Shown here: piece after piece, positions 12,301 to 24,300 of the stretch
How positions within the stretch are numbered: position 1 is the first letter of the stretch
Layout of the letters: each line of letters begins with the position of its first letter
Source of the DNA: Tubiluchus corallicola
Taxonomy: Eukaryota; Animalia; Priapulida
Length of the DNA: 64,000 nt
Assembly (NCBI GenBank): GCA_030141605.1
Contig: JAQGDQ010000061.1
Location: 1 to 64,000 of the forward strand
Reading direction: 5' to 3'
Notes under the pieces: generated by a model
Database searches by the model: none
What the model was told of the DNA's origin: nothing
What the model saw: only the letters and a program-made list of their open reading frames with translations
Position numbers and translations under genes: made by a program

Positions 12301-15300
12301 TTTCGTGTATTAGTTGCCTGTCTGACATGTAAAAGGATTCTAAGTAGTTGTAACATTCGGGTCACGAAATTCTTTGCTAGCCCAACTGGGCCTCGAACTT
12401 GGGTCGGGCAACTTAAGTCAAGATGGATTGCTGAATGGGTCGGTGACGCCAAATGTTAAAGAGCAGCAATATTTGTTTTAATTCTAAGGCAGTTACAAGC
12501 ACAGGAGGGGTCGGTCCGTCCTAAAGTACAAAGAATGGGCCAATGGTGATGCAGTGTGAACGGAAATAGTGAACACAACAAAGTATAAATAAACAAACTG
12601 TTTGCCATGGGTTTAACATTTTAATTGGCATAATTAATTAATCAATCCAAAACAATAAACAAAAACTTACAACTTGCACTAGAACAACGGGGTACCCCTC
12701 ATTTAACATCAGTCTGCTAGCGTTTGAGTCTGCTTAGCGGGACGTCTCCCGTAAAGTTCCGGGGTTCACGCACTTAGGTGGCTGGAATCACTTTGCTAAC
12801 AGCCTCGCCGGCAACGGCAGCTGCACCAATGTTCCACTCGCTTGACTGGCTTAACAAGACTAGCATACGATGACAGACCACCGAGATTCTCCTGACATCC
12901 TCTCCTCCTAATGAGTCAGGTACCAGGCTTTCAGAATATATTAGAAGTCTACTTCTTGTGCCGTTTTGGTTGAAAACTCCACCATCATGGAAACATGCGC
13001 ATCACAGAAAAATGTCATTTGCCAAATATCAGACGTATGGCTCACATTCTGTCTATTCAAGATAAATGACTGGTAGTGTGAGCAATTCAATTCACGTAGT
13101 TATTGCAAGTCATGAAGTTGATTATAAAAGTATCCGAAGCGACGTCTTGTCGGCCAACGCCCAGACAAAGACAAAATCAACTGGCCTTTTAGCTGAGTCG
13201 GCCATTTAACCACTATCTCCTTAACCTCGTGGAATAATCTGCACCTCTCAAGTCATACCTGTCGTGTCCCAGTTAATCATCCAATCACAGCGGTACTATA
13301 GGTATGAGATCATGAAGCCAGAATTCGGTCCAAAAGTTGAACTGCAACATTTCTTTGTTGAACTCCCAATAGGTGGGGCCACCAGTTTATAACGTTTACC
13401 AAATTCGGTTAATTAGTTATTAATGACAGGTTCAATACAATACATTCAGATATAGCTAATAGTTCTTTCAAATGCCACGTAAACATATTATTACAGTTAA
13501 ATGGCTATTCGTTTTAATCTGCTAAATACGACAGTGACAGTAGTCATGAAATAGAAGCTGTTAGTACAGCAGGGGTGTGCAAATTATCTGACTAGCCGGG
13601 CCACTAAACATTCCCGCAATTCCTGCGGGCCACAGGCAGTTTAATCAAGGAGCCAAGTACAGAAAGGCCTAATAACGATTTTTTTGCATCCGACCTGCGT
13701 ACATCATTACTACTACACTCAAGAAACTATTTTAGAAGTTATTAAAATTTATATTACAAACCATATATTTCTACTTTGAGGACAGATAGTGGTAATTTCA
13801 TTGATACAGTCTGAGTAGTACAGTGACATTAAGCTATAACCGCCTTGTAAGGGTTAATGGCATCCGATCTAGTAGAAAAAACTACCCGCACTATCTTTGG
13901 GATCGTGGCACGGACTTCAGCTGGATACACTCAATTAATCGCCCAGGCTGCACTTTCATTAGATTGATAAATCTCTTCGGGGGCCGCACAAATTCTCTCG
14001 GCAGGCCGCAATTTGCACACCCCTGACTTAGAGACTGAATAACCGAGTGACTTATTGTCTGCGTTTGACAAGTTTAATGGTTTTCCACTCCCTGATAAAC
14101 AAGAAAATCTTGTTTGTCGGAGTGCCCATTTTGCAAATGATTTGAATGGAGAGAGTGAGATTATAAAACTAAAAACAAATAGTTAGAGCTCATTACTTGA
14201 TTTTTATAGTTATGTTTTCTGTGTTATCAGGTGTACAATATAGTCATAGTGCCGTACCATTATCAAGCAATGTTGACGTCATTCGAACAAAAAGACAAAC
14301 ACAGAACAATTCGAACAAGCCAAAACTCTTCGTCGAGATGGCCCTGCAGAACTTCACTCCAATAAACACTACAAATGAGACAGATTTCATAGTGACCGTA
14401 AGTGCTCTGATAAGTGTAAACGATTAGACATGTGTGCAATTTGCTCAAAATGAACATATTGTGAGTACAGTTTTGACTGGAGCAGAATTTCTGTCTTTTA
14501 TCTCTTCATTAAAGTACCCCTCACTTCAGGCATTTGCTGTCGAAAAAGTACATTTATCACTCGAGCATAAGTTTTCAGGTGTCTGTAATTCTTAATAAAG
14601 TGGCACATTATTAAATCAAACTGTTCCATTCGTCTGCTGTTTATACAAAAGAAATTTTTTGTTTTTTATGAAGTATGACCGTCCAACTGTTGTCTAGTAG
14701 TCATCGTCAGGTAATGAGTGATTACTTCGTGATCACTGCTAGAGAGTAATTCAAATGTTGTTTTTAATAAAAAAGTTTAAAAATTGTCTTTATTGTTGCA
14801 TATATAAATTTATGTTATTGTTCTTGGTATCACAAATCTGTTGACTTTAAGCTGCTGTTCTTCATTGTATTACATTGTGGCATAAAAGTAAAATGCTGAG
14901 CGAATGAAGTCCTCAGCTTAATTAGTAAAACGGCTGTGTTCTATTAGGTAGTTATACTGTAATTGTTTCTTTCTCTTTTCAGAATAATCACGAATACTAT
15001 AATGTTTCCTATAATCTACACGAAGAGTACTACCTGCAAAACTGGATAGATCTGAACCTAAAAAATGCCAGCATCCATGAAGTCCTGTCCAATTCACACA
15101 AGATGGCATCGGTAATGTTTTTGCTAGATGATTTGTTTTGTGAATTCCCTAATGCTTCTTTATCTTAGCAGCCTAGCAGTAAGGTGCAGTACTTACTAAA
15201 TACTGTAATTTTTGCACTGAAGCTTTCTGTCCATTGTATAGTGTCTCGCCCTTCATACAAGAACAAATTCTGCAGAAATAATAAATCAGGGGTCAAGTAA

Positions 15301-18300
15301 GCTTTGGACAATCCCAAATGTCATTACCATATAAGCGCAAATAAAGTTTGAAGGTATGTTATTCAAAAACGTAAGAATGTGAAAGTTTCACTAACAAGAA
15401 TGTAACAAGGTTCATTCATCGTTGTTGATAAAAACGTATTATGCTTTCACCAGAAATTTGTTGAAGTAATTGACATTTATGTCTAAATATGCTCTCGTCT
15501 GTATTGTAAATTTTTGAAAAGAAAATTGCAAATGCAACATGGGTAAAACATAAGACAGTACTCCTCGAAATTGAATTACGTTATATTTCAATAAAGGTAA
15601 ATCTCTTACTTGAACATTGTTGCAAAATAAGATGCAAAGGTAGTGAAGGAAATAACATATTATTTATTATTCATATTTGTTATAGTTAGATGTAACTGGC
15701 TAATTTATTGAAACAAACTTTTGTTGAAAACAATTAAGCATGATTAGTAAGTAATGGCGGTTTAACAGAAAAATGCAAATATATTGTCTGATGGATTTTA
15801 ATATTTCTTTCTCCATCACACGCCAAAATACATTAATAGCTTAGTGATGATAAAACTAGATTACCACACACAGACCATAGGCTGAGTCCCTCTTGTTCCC
15901 TGGTCTCCGGTCAGGCATTCCCAGAAATAAATACATATTTGTACATGTTAGTGGTGGTTTACACGGACACACTGTCATTTGTTCAGTTAGATCACAGACT
16001 GATCCTTCCTTCGGGTACGGAGAACAAAACCCTGGAAAGTGGTCATAATTGTCGTAAATGGACATTTAATTATACTTTTCTATTCATAGCTGCCCTTAGT
16101 TACAATTAAAATATGCTCATTAAATGGATCTACATTGTTTGTTGGGATTTCTTTTGTTCTGATGCATCAGACTCAATGCTGCGTCTATGTTTTTGTGAAA
16201 AATCGGAGCCATGACAACAGCAGCAAGCACTTCGCATGATATTCTAAGAAAAATCATTAAATTTATAAGAAATGAGCCAATAGGACATAGTGAAATCAAA
16301 CACATTAGTGTTTCCCCTCTAGTTTAAAGACATTTCTAAAATTCTTATCGTTTACTGAACATACAATACCTTGCAATAGGAATGTCAAACGAAATACATT
16401 TGTCGATGTGATAACGACACGGTATGATATTTTTCAAAGATACGATAACGATTATCTATTTTTTAGACGATACTATAAATTACTTGAAAACAGTAAAAAC
16501 GATACTGAACTAACTATAAAAACTTTGACAAAGAGAATTTGTGAGAAAGCAACAAATGACTGCCGTTATGTTTTTTCCTTTTATCAAAGTTCTTGTTGTT
16601 AAGTAAAAATCTAGAGCCTAGATCAAGTTTGTCAGACTTGGGTGAACATTTTTAACCATTTGTCAAACACTATCCTGTTACTTACTGCGTCCCCCTTTTG
16701 TATGCTGTAGGCAGCATTCGTCTTCCCTGCACTCACTGTGACTGAGACATGAGGTCTGATCATAATGCGAGGATCGAACGTGTGTTTGTTGCAGCCTGTG
16801 GATGTAGTCACGGGCATGCGCAAGTCCATAGCCTCTATGGGCTGCTGCATCCTGTAAAAGTAACCGTATACGTTGTCATTGAATTGGTACATACTTTCAA
16901 TCAGTGAGACTTGCAGTATCTCTGAGATTGGCACTGAAAGATAATTCATGAAAGCCAGTCTATTAGACCATTTTCCCTCACATAAGTCCATTGTAATGTA
17001 TCTGTCTATATTGGTTGTAAGCTATCACTTCTAGTTTTAACCATCAAAAACATTGAAGAATTTCTATTCTTTTTGGTTGATATGGTGTTCACTTCTTATA
17101 ACATTATTGCAAAAGGACAAGTTCCAGACCATTTGATGTAAAAGTGAACGTGAAACGTGAAACCCAGGTGTCTTCTTGCCTCTGGCAGGTTCGAAGGATG
17201 GCCAATTACTTTTCACTTTTTGGGTATCAAAATCAATTTATCAAAAAAGGCAAGAAATTTTAAAAAAGATCAAGATAATTTTCAGGTGCTGTTTGGCTTC
17301 CTTAATAGCTTTCAGCAGTATGCCTTTTATTCTACAAGTATGACAATAAGGATGCTTCCGCAACATGTCGCTGCATTTTGCTTTATTTTAATTTGATTTT
17401 TGTCCTTTGTGACTTTAAATTCGAAAAAAGAAGACAAGCCTAATGAAAGTATACTGCATTTAGAAAAGCCCACACTAAAAAGCCTCAGATGATCCTAAGA
17501 TCGACCATGCATCTTATGCGTCTTGCAGATGTCTACGCCAAGATGAGACAAATCAGAAGCTATAATCTTAGACTTAGCTGCCTGTGAATAATAATTTTTG
17601 GTTGTCTTAGCTGATGTATGATTTTATTTTGCGCTATTAGTTGAAATCATCTACAAGAATTTTATTTTTAATTTAGTTTTTGCTGTGAGAAATTGGATTT
17701 CATTTGGAATGTCTACCAACAATAATTCAGACTACACTCTTTATTCTTATTAGCATTAGTTATTTTGTAAATTCTAACATTGGTGCAATAAGTATAAATT
17801 GCATTATCTTGCATCTGAATTCATTGACTCTGTATACTTACATGTAATGTAACTGCAAAACAGGCAACTGCAAGTAGAACCATCAAGACGTCTGTCTTCA
17901 TCGTGTTTTATCAATTTATTCTCCGCTTTATCCACCACTCCACTCAAGCGGATTTCTGGCTGGTGACAGCTATCTGCTGGCGCAAAAGTAAACAAAACAA
18001 TCAATGGCTATGATTCACTTTCCCTTAAAACTGAAAACTGTTGAACTTTTCAATGACGTGCCCTCCTTAAGCTCTCCGTGCCATATTAAATTGCAGGGGT
18101 CCAGATGTCCAGTACAAATGTTATTTAACACCGTATTTCATACACTAAGCAGGCAAATGAAAAGTTATTAAATTCTGTGTTTTTTAAATGATGAAAACTT
18201 TTTAGCTGCTAAAGTTTTTGCTTTTTGAATTCTTGGTTATTTTCCCTTCTTCCAGTTCCTCACCTGTTTTGTTTCTTCACGTGGTCTTTTGAGTAATGGG

Positions 18301-21300
18301 GTGACTGTTGACGTGCAAGAATGCACTTGTGTGCACAAATTTCTGCTTGAAATATGCTTGTGTTAATGTCAGTGAAATCATCATCTTAATATGTGGAAAA
18401 TAATGATTCACCAGGATTCTGGTTGTAATCAAACATAAAGAGAAATTGTTATTTTATAGGTTAACTCAAATGTAGATTTAGGTAATTCAAATATGTCTTG
18501 TTAACTCAAATGTAGACTTAGATAGTTCAAATGTGTTAACAATGGTTTTCAAGAAATCTTAAGCATTTTTGGTAAGTCAAATGTAGACACATGTCAAGTC
18601 AAATGTGACATTGGTATCTCAAATGTGGATAGGTGGTAAAGTTTAAGGATGTAAAATTTAATCTCCTTTAATCTCAATTTAATAATTGCTGCTTAAATAA
18701 ACAATGTTATAGGTTCACTAATATTCTGTAAACTTTACATACCACTGGAACTGTTAGAGAAAACAATACATTCTTAAAATAAACAATGTTTCTTGAGAGA
18801 AACTAATTCATTAATGCAGTGCTAATGCATTACTTAAAAAACTAATTAGTGATTCACTATTCATTGGGAAGTGGGAACCGATTTATTCTTTTCTGCCGAC
18901 ATTTTTTGTAAAACATTGACAAATAAAATGTAGAATTCTATGTCTACATTTGACTTACTTAAGTCGCATTTGAGTTACCAAAACACATTCAAAATTCCTA
19001 TGTCTACATTTGACTTACCTAAGTCACATTTGAACTTTCCTGTGTCTACATTTGACGTGTAAAACCTATAGTGAGTAATCATCTACTTGCCTACGCTGTA
19101 ACCATTTCCAAAATTTATGCATTACATTCATTTTTGAGTACAATTTATAATTTTTCATAGTTGTCCTTAAAAGTTGTAAAAGAAGTAATCAATCAGGTCT
19201 TCCTGCATGCTTTCTGTATGTCTGTTTTGTCCTTCTGAATTATATGAAATCCAAATACTAAAGTTATACAGGGTAGTACTTGACTTTCACTTGATAATGA
19301 TTAAATATTGAAGTCAGTTTGTGCTTAATAACAGATGTTATATTTGCTATTGAAAGTATTATAATTAATAATGCCTTTCTTTGATTTCAGACAGTACCTT
19401 TGAATTTCGAATTTCCATTTTATGGATTTATCATGAAAAATATTACTATAGCAACTGGAGGTTGGTGAAAATGCTTAATTTTTGCTTAATTTGCTTGTAT
19501 ACAGCTTAATTTTACCAGTTATTTCCCCGGAATTCATCCAAGTTTGCAAATAACACTCTTTGAAGTGGGTAAGTGGGTGTAGAAGAAATTATTGAACTAT
19601 TAATGGTAAAATGGACTTCAATCACCGTGATTTTTCGGGATTGGTCACTTACCAGTTGACCGTGCACAGCCATCTATCCACTCTAAACAAGAAGTGTATG
19701 CGTTAGACCTTAGACGTTTTGTTTAAGGATGAGTATATACGTTGGAAAAAAGCTGGATGCCTCTGCTAGTTCGTAGGTTCATCTTGGAGGCCTAGATTTG
19801 ATAAGATGCCAGGCTCCTGTCTTGCCACAAACACCAGAGTAGAGTAGATAATGCTATTGAACGTGAAAAAACTGCTCGCAATTGCAATCATTTTTTTCAT
19901 TTCTTTTATATATAATGAGATAAAAGTTAAAGTTTTTTGTTTTGGTTTCAGGATTCCTGTTTATGGGAGAATTTCTTCACAGTTGGTTAGCATCTACACA
20001 GTACATTGCTCCACTTATGGGAAATTTTAATCCGCGGCTGAACAACGGCTCCTTCATTCGTTATTTCCAAGATGGTAAGTTTGGTTGTGTCATTTGACAA
20101 GGTCATGCAGACAGGGGCGTAGCCAGGGTCTAAAGTTAGGGGGAGCAAACACGTAAAAAGGCGCCATGAGGCATATCAAACAATTTTAATGCATTGATTA
20201 TGTATTTTAATTTTGTGCTTAAACTCAAAGCACAAGGAAGATATAGTTTTAAAGAAAGTACATAATTATTATTCTGGATTTGAAATTGAAATACAATAAA
20301 AAGTTTTACAGTAAATTCATAATTCTCAAAATGATACACTCATAAAAAATGTAAAGTCACTGAAACTTCAGTATAGACATCTGAACGTGTGGCTAAGACA
20401 CTTCTTTAGATTTAATGGCTCATTTTAGGTGGTTATTTTTCATAATGAGCCAGGCTCGCCATAAATATTGTATTGAAGTCCCGTTGGAAGTGCAAAACTT
20501 TTTCAAGAATTTCTAATTTAGTATTGCCTTTGAGCATTTCTATGATTCAGGTACAGCCTGTCATTGAGAGCCTCATGCAGCTTTGTAGTTTTTCATAGTA
20601 TATAAAATCTGTTTAAACTTGGTTTAGATTTAATCGTTTCAAGTAAAAAATATGAGGGTCATGCTTCTAAGTTTTAAAGTATTTCAATTTATTTAATTTG
20701 AAAAGATCTGTACGTATTTAGAAGAATATTAATTAAGAGTGATTGAAGCCCGCACAAAAAAATTGTCACACTAACCACATAATGGCAAGGCAAATATGGC
20801 TGCCAATCTGCATTGATACTTGGTTGTGAAAGTAATTTGTATATTAATTTGAAAATAAGAAATGTCGCAGTATTATGTTATGTGTTAAAGAAAAAACTGA
20901 TATGTTACTAGTGCATAAATTAAATTAACTAATTTTACTGTCTACATACTGTAAGCTGTAACTGTTCTTTGGGGAACTTTGTACAAAATCTGAGCTGCAG
21001 ATTTTGCACTTTGCATAAATTCTTTATTATATGGAGCAGTATGTTTTGTTTTTATTTACTTAGACAGTATGTTTGTTGTCGAATGGAAAGATGTGATATT
21101 GAACGATCAGCAAGATGTGGGAAACTTCACATTCCAGACACAGCTACTCGCAAATGGAGACATTAAATTTGTCTATAAATCAGTAAGTTTGCTGTCTTTA
21201 CTGCATCCCATTCTTACCAAATGTTATTTGCAGAAGTGAAAAAGCAATGAAGAAATGAATCATGACACATGTGCTGTTCTGAACTTTATAATACCTCATT

Positions 21301-24300
21301 CAGTGGTCAAAGCTGGGTATAAATTTTCCCATTTTGCAGTATGTAATAAAAGCTTCACTTTGTATGACAGACCTTTGTGAATATTATTGCTCACTTATTA
21401 TAACTACTACTTTCTTCTGTTGCTTATAGGTACCTATACCCATGGGTAATATGAGTGATACTCAGCACCCAGTGAAAATTGGTTTAGCTGATGCTTATTT
21501 CAAAGATGAACATAAATTTCATAGTAAGTTTTATGCTAGAAGTAACAAGTTGTGACAATCAGTATTTCTATGAATGTTATTGTCAGGGACTTAACTTTTT
21601 GTGTCAAGACACGCGTGAAATCACAAAGTTGTATTTTAAAGGTTGTTTCCATCAATGCGCACTGAAAAAAGTTGTGATGCTCCGCAGTGCTTATAAAATT
21701 AATTGTGAGTTTCTGTTTCAAAGAAAGTAGAAGATAAATTTTTCTGTTGTCGGGTTTTGTTCCATTTATTGTGAAAGCTGACCAGAGGTTAAAATTATTT
21801 TATAATGAGTAAAAGTGATATTTTGAAGGACTAGTGATGGTGATGGTGATGATCACGTCGACGATAAGTATTCAGCTGTAGTAATTTTAGCCAGTGTTTT
21901 TAAATCACTCTGCAGTATCAGACTGTCACTCGCATTTAATTTTGTTTTTCAGTCTTGCGACGGACAATTTACGAATATCACAATGTGAATCTCAACATGT
22001 CTCTTATTCGTAGCAGAATGACTGTAGAGTTACTAGCTACTTCAAGTAAGTTTGCTGTGTTAAGTTTCTCACTTTTTGATAAATCTATCGTCTGTCACTT
22101 AGAACCCAGAAACCAGGCTCTGAATTTTTAGAGCCAGAGTGTAAATTGTCACCATTCACCTATTCGAATTTTACATTTAGTGATTAATACGCATTACAAA
22201 GTATGATGCTTACATGAACAACTGCATTTCAGCATGCGTTAGCAGTCAAGATTGCACGTCTTGCGTACTGAAAAAGAATGCGCCATTTCCGTGCTTCTGG
22301 TGCGAGAAGCTGGGACATTGCTCAAGTGGATACGATCGTAAACGTCAACAATGGATTTCTGCAGGATGTCCAAAAACTGTATGTCTTTTAAGTAGCAATA
22401 AACATGATAAAAACATTCTTAGTTTTTTACCAGTTGCACTTAATTGGTTTTTTGATTAATTAACTTGTTAAATACTTACCTCTTGTGCTAATTAATTAAT
22501 GGTTTGTATTTGCTATTTTTGAGAATCCCCTGTTGACGTTGCTTCTATTGTTTGTCTGTTTTTGAATTGAATTGTATTGCGTGTAAGCTGTGATATTTCT
22601 TATATTTTATTGATGGTGAACTTATTATAGATATAGAAGTAATACTAAATGAATGTGAGTACATATTGTAATTGAGACAGCTAACGCTGAAAGCTTGCAT
22701 TTGAATATTGTATGATTTATACAATATTGATTTTCTGTTAAACTGATTTTGCCAAATTTATTGCATTTTGTTGTACTATGTCAGTTAATGAAGAGTTATG
22801 TTGTTATTATTGTAAAGCAATTTTTTGATATTTTTTAAATATATATTAGCTGATCTTGTCTAGCTGTGTGACTTGGTTACACTTGCAGTTTCAGGTGTTT
22901 TTAGGGAAGCAGGGTGTCGAAATTTGAATAGCTGATGTGAATACTCAGAATTATTTATTTGTTTTTTAGGTTATTGGACTGGAAAGCGGATGTGATGCAT
23001 TAGCTGGCGGAGGAAACATACCTCCCAGTCCGTCTGGAACTCCAGTGACTTCAACAGGAACACCTACAACACCTCAAACCCAAACAGCAACTACGGCTTC
23101 TACAGAACAGCAAACGACAACAAAAGGTACATTTTATTCCTTCTTTTGAGCTTTCCTGGTATTCGGCATTTACTTCCTATCAGGAGGTTCTGTGAGGGGA
23201 AACTATTTCTTGATTGACCGACCGACAGTTACTGGTAGTTTTTATATCAGATTTACACTGCATATGTCTATGCTATGACTGACTTTCGTACACACTGCAA
23301 AATGTATAGAATCTTTCATTTGTTTTGTACAAATCCTGAGTCCATACAAAGGTTTTTCACTTTCAAGTGCCAAAATTAAAACATGCATTTTTATGCCTTG
23401 TGTTTGGCATCCATTTTTGTTTGACAGTTAAAACAGTGGTCAAGAAAGCTGTTTACACTTCTATCTTGCATTCCTTGTGTGAGCCCAATGTAAATGCTAT
23501 TAATGGTACTGATTAGATTTGCATTGTGTATCAGGTAAAAATGCTTACATATTAACAAAGCATTTCTATAGTACGTTATTACACAATAAACCTTCAGTAT
23601 TGATGCTTGTGATCTGATGCTATTATGGACTAACATTGTCTAGTGAATAACGTTTCTTGCCAGTGCAGTAACGTCTGCCTCAACAATTGTTGTAGTGTAA
23701 CAAAAGCAAGTCTATGGGCCTGTTTTATATCCAGGATCTTTGTTTTAGGACTGTGACAAAATATTTGACTAAATGCAGCTCATTTGAACGAGTCATCATC
23801 CAAGACATCACGAAGTTGAAGTTTCCTATAAAAATGTTTCTAAGTTTGAAAGAAAGTTTTTTCAATGTTTCTGCATTTACTATTTTTTTTAAATTAGGTC
23901 TAACGTAACTTGCTAATTTAGATTCTAATTAGCAAGGCACTATGGGTTTGATTATGTATAAGGCTATAATTTTTTTGCAATTCTGGGATGTTAGTGTGTT
24001 TGTGATGCTGCGAATGGAGTCGGACGAAGAGGTAGCCAGTCTGTTTGTGACTGTGTCCCAATGTTATGTACCTGATAATGGAGTATTGTTTTAGCTAGTA
24101 AGATTGATCCAATGCTGGAAATATCTGTTGTGAACACCACCCAAAGTTGCTGTAAAAGGTGCAAGGCCTTGTAAATCAAGAAATTTCCCAAGTGCTTTTG
24201 GGTCTTTAGATAGGTTATTTCAAGATTTTGAGTCAGCAACTTGTTATTTCAGGTGTGACTAAGTCATCTTCTCCAACACCAACCGTCAGACCTTTTAGTA

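Noticed and set aside
16120-16305. Cys-containing minus-strand ORFs within intron 2 of the nested peptide gene
   Set aside because: Including them breaks the 10-Cys frame or truncates it. The direct 16686-16031 splice gives the complete domain.
16632-16991. 119-aa ORF from the track
   Set aside because: It is the wrong frame over the real exon 16851-16686 of the prokineticin-like gene.
18455-19073. CRISPR-like array (also considered for 47515-47866 and 61072-61378)
   Set aside because: The context is eukaryotic, the repeats are degenerate, inverted or tandem without unique regular spacers, and there are no cas genes.
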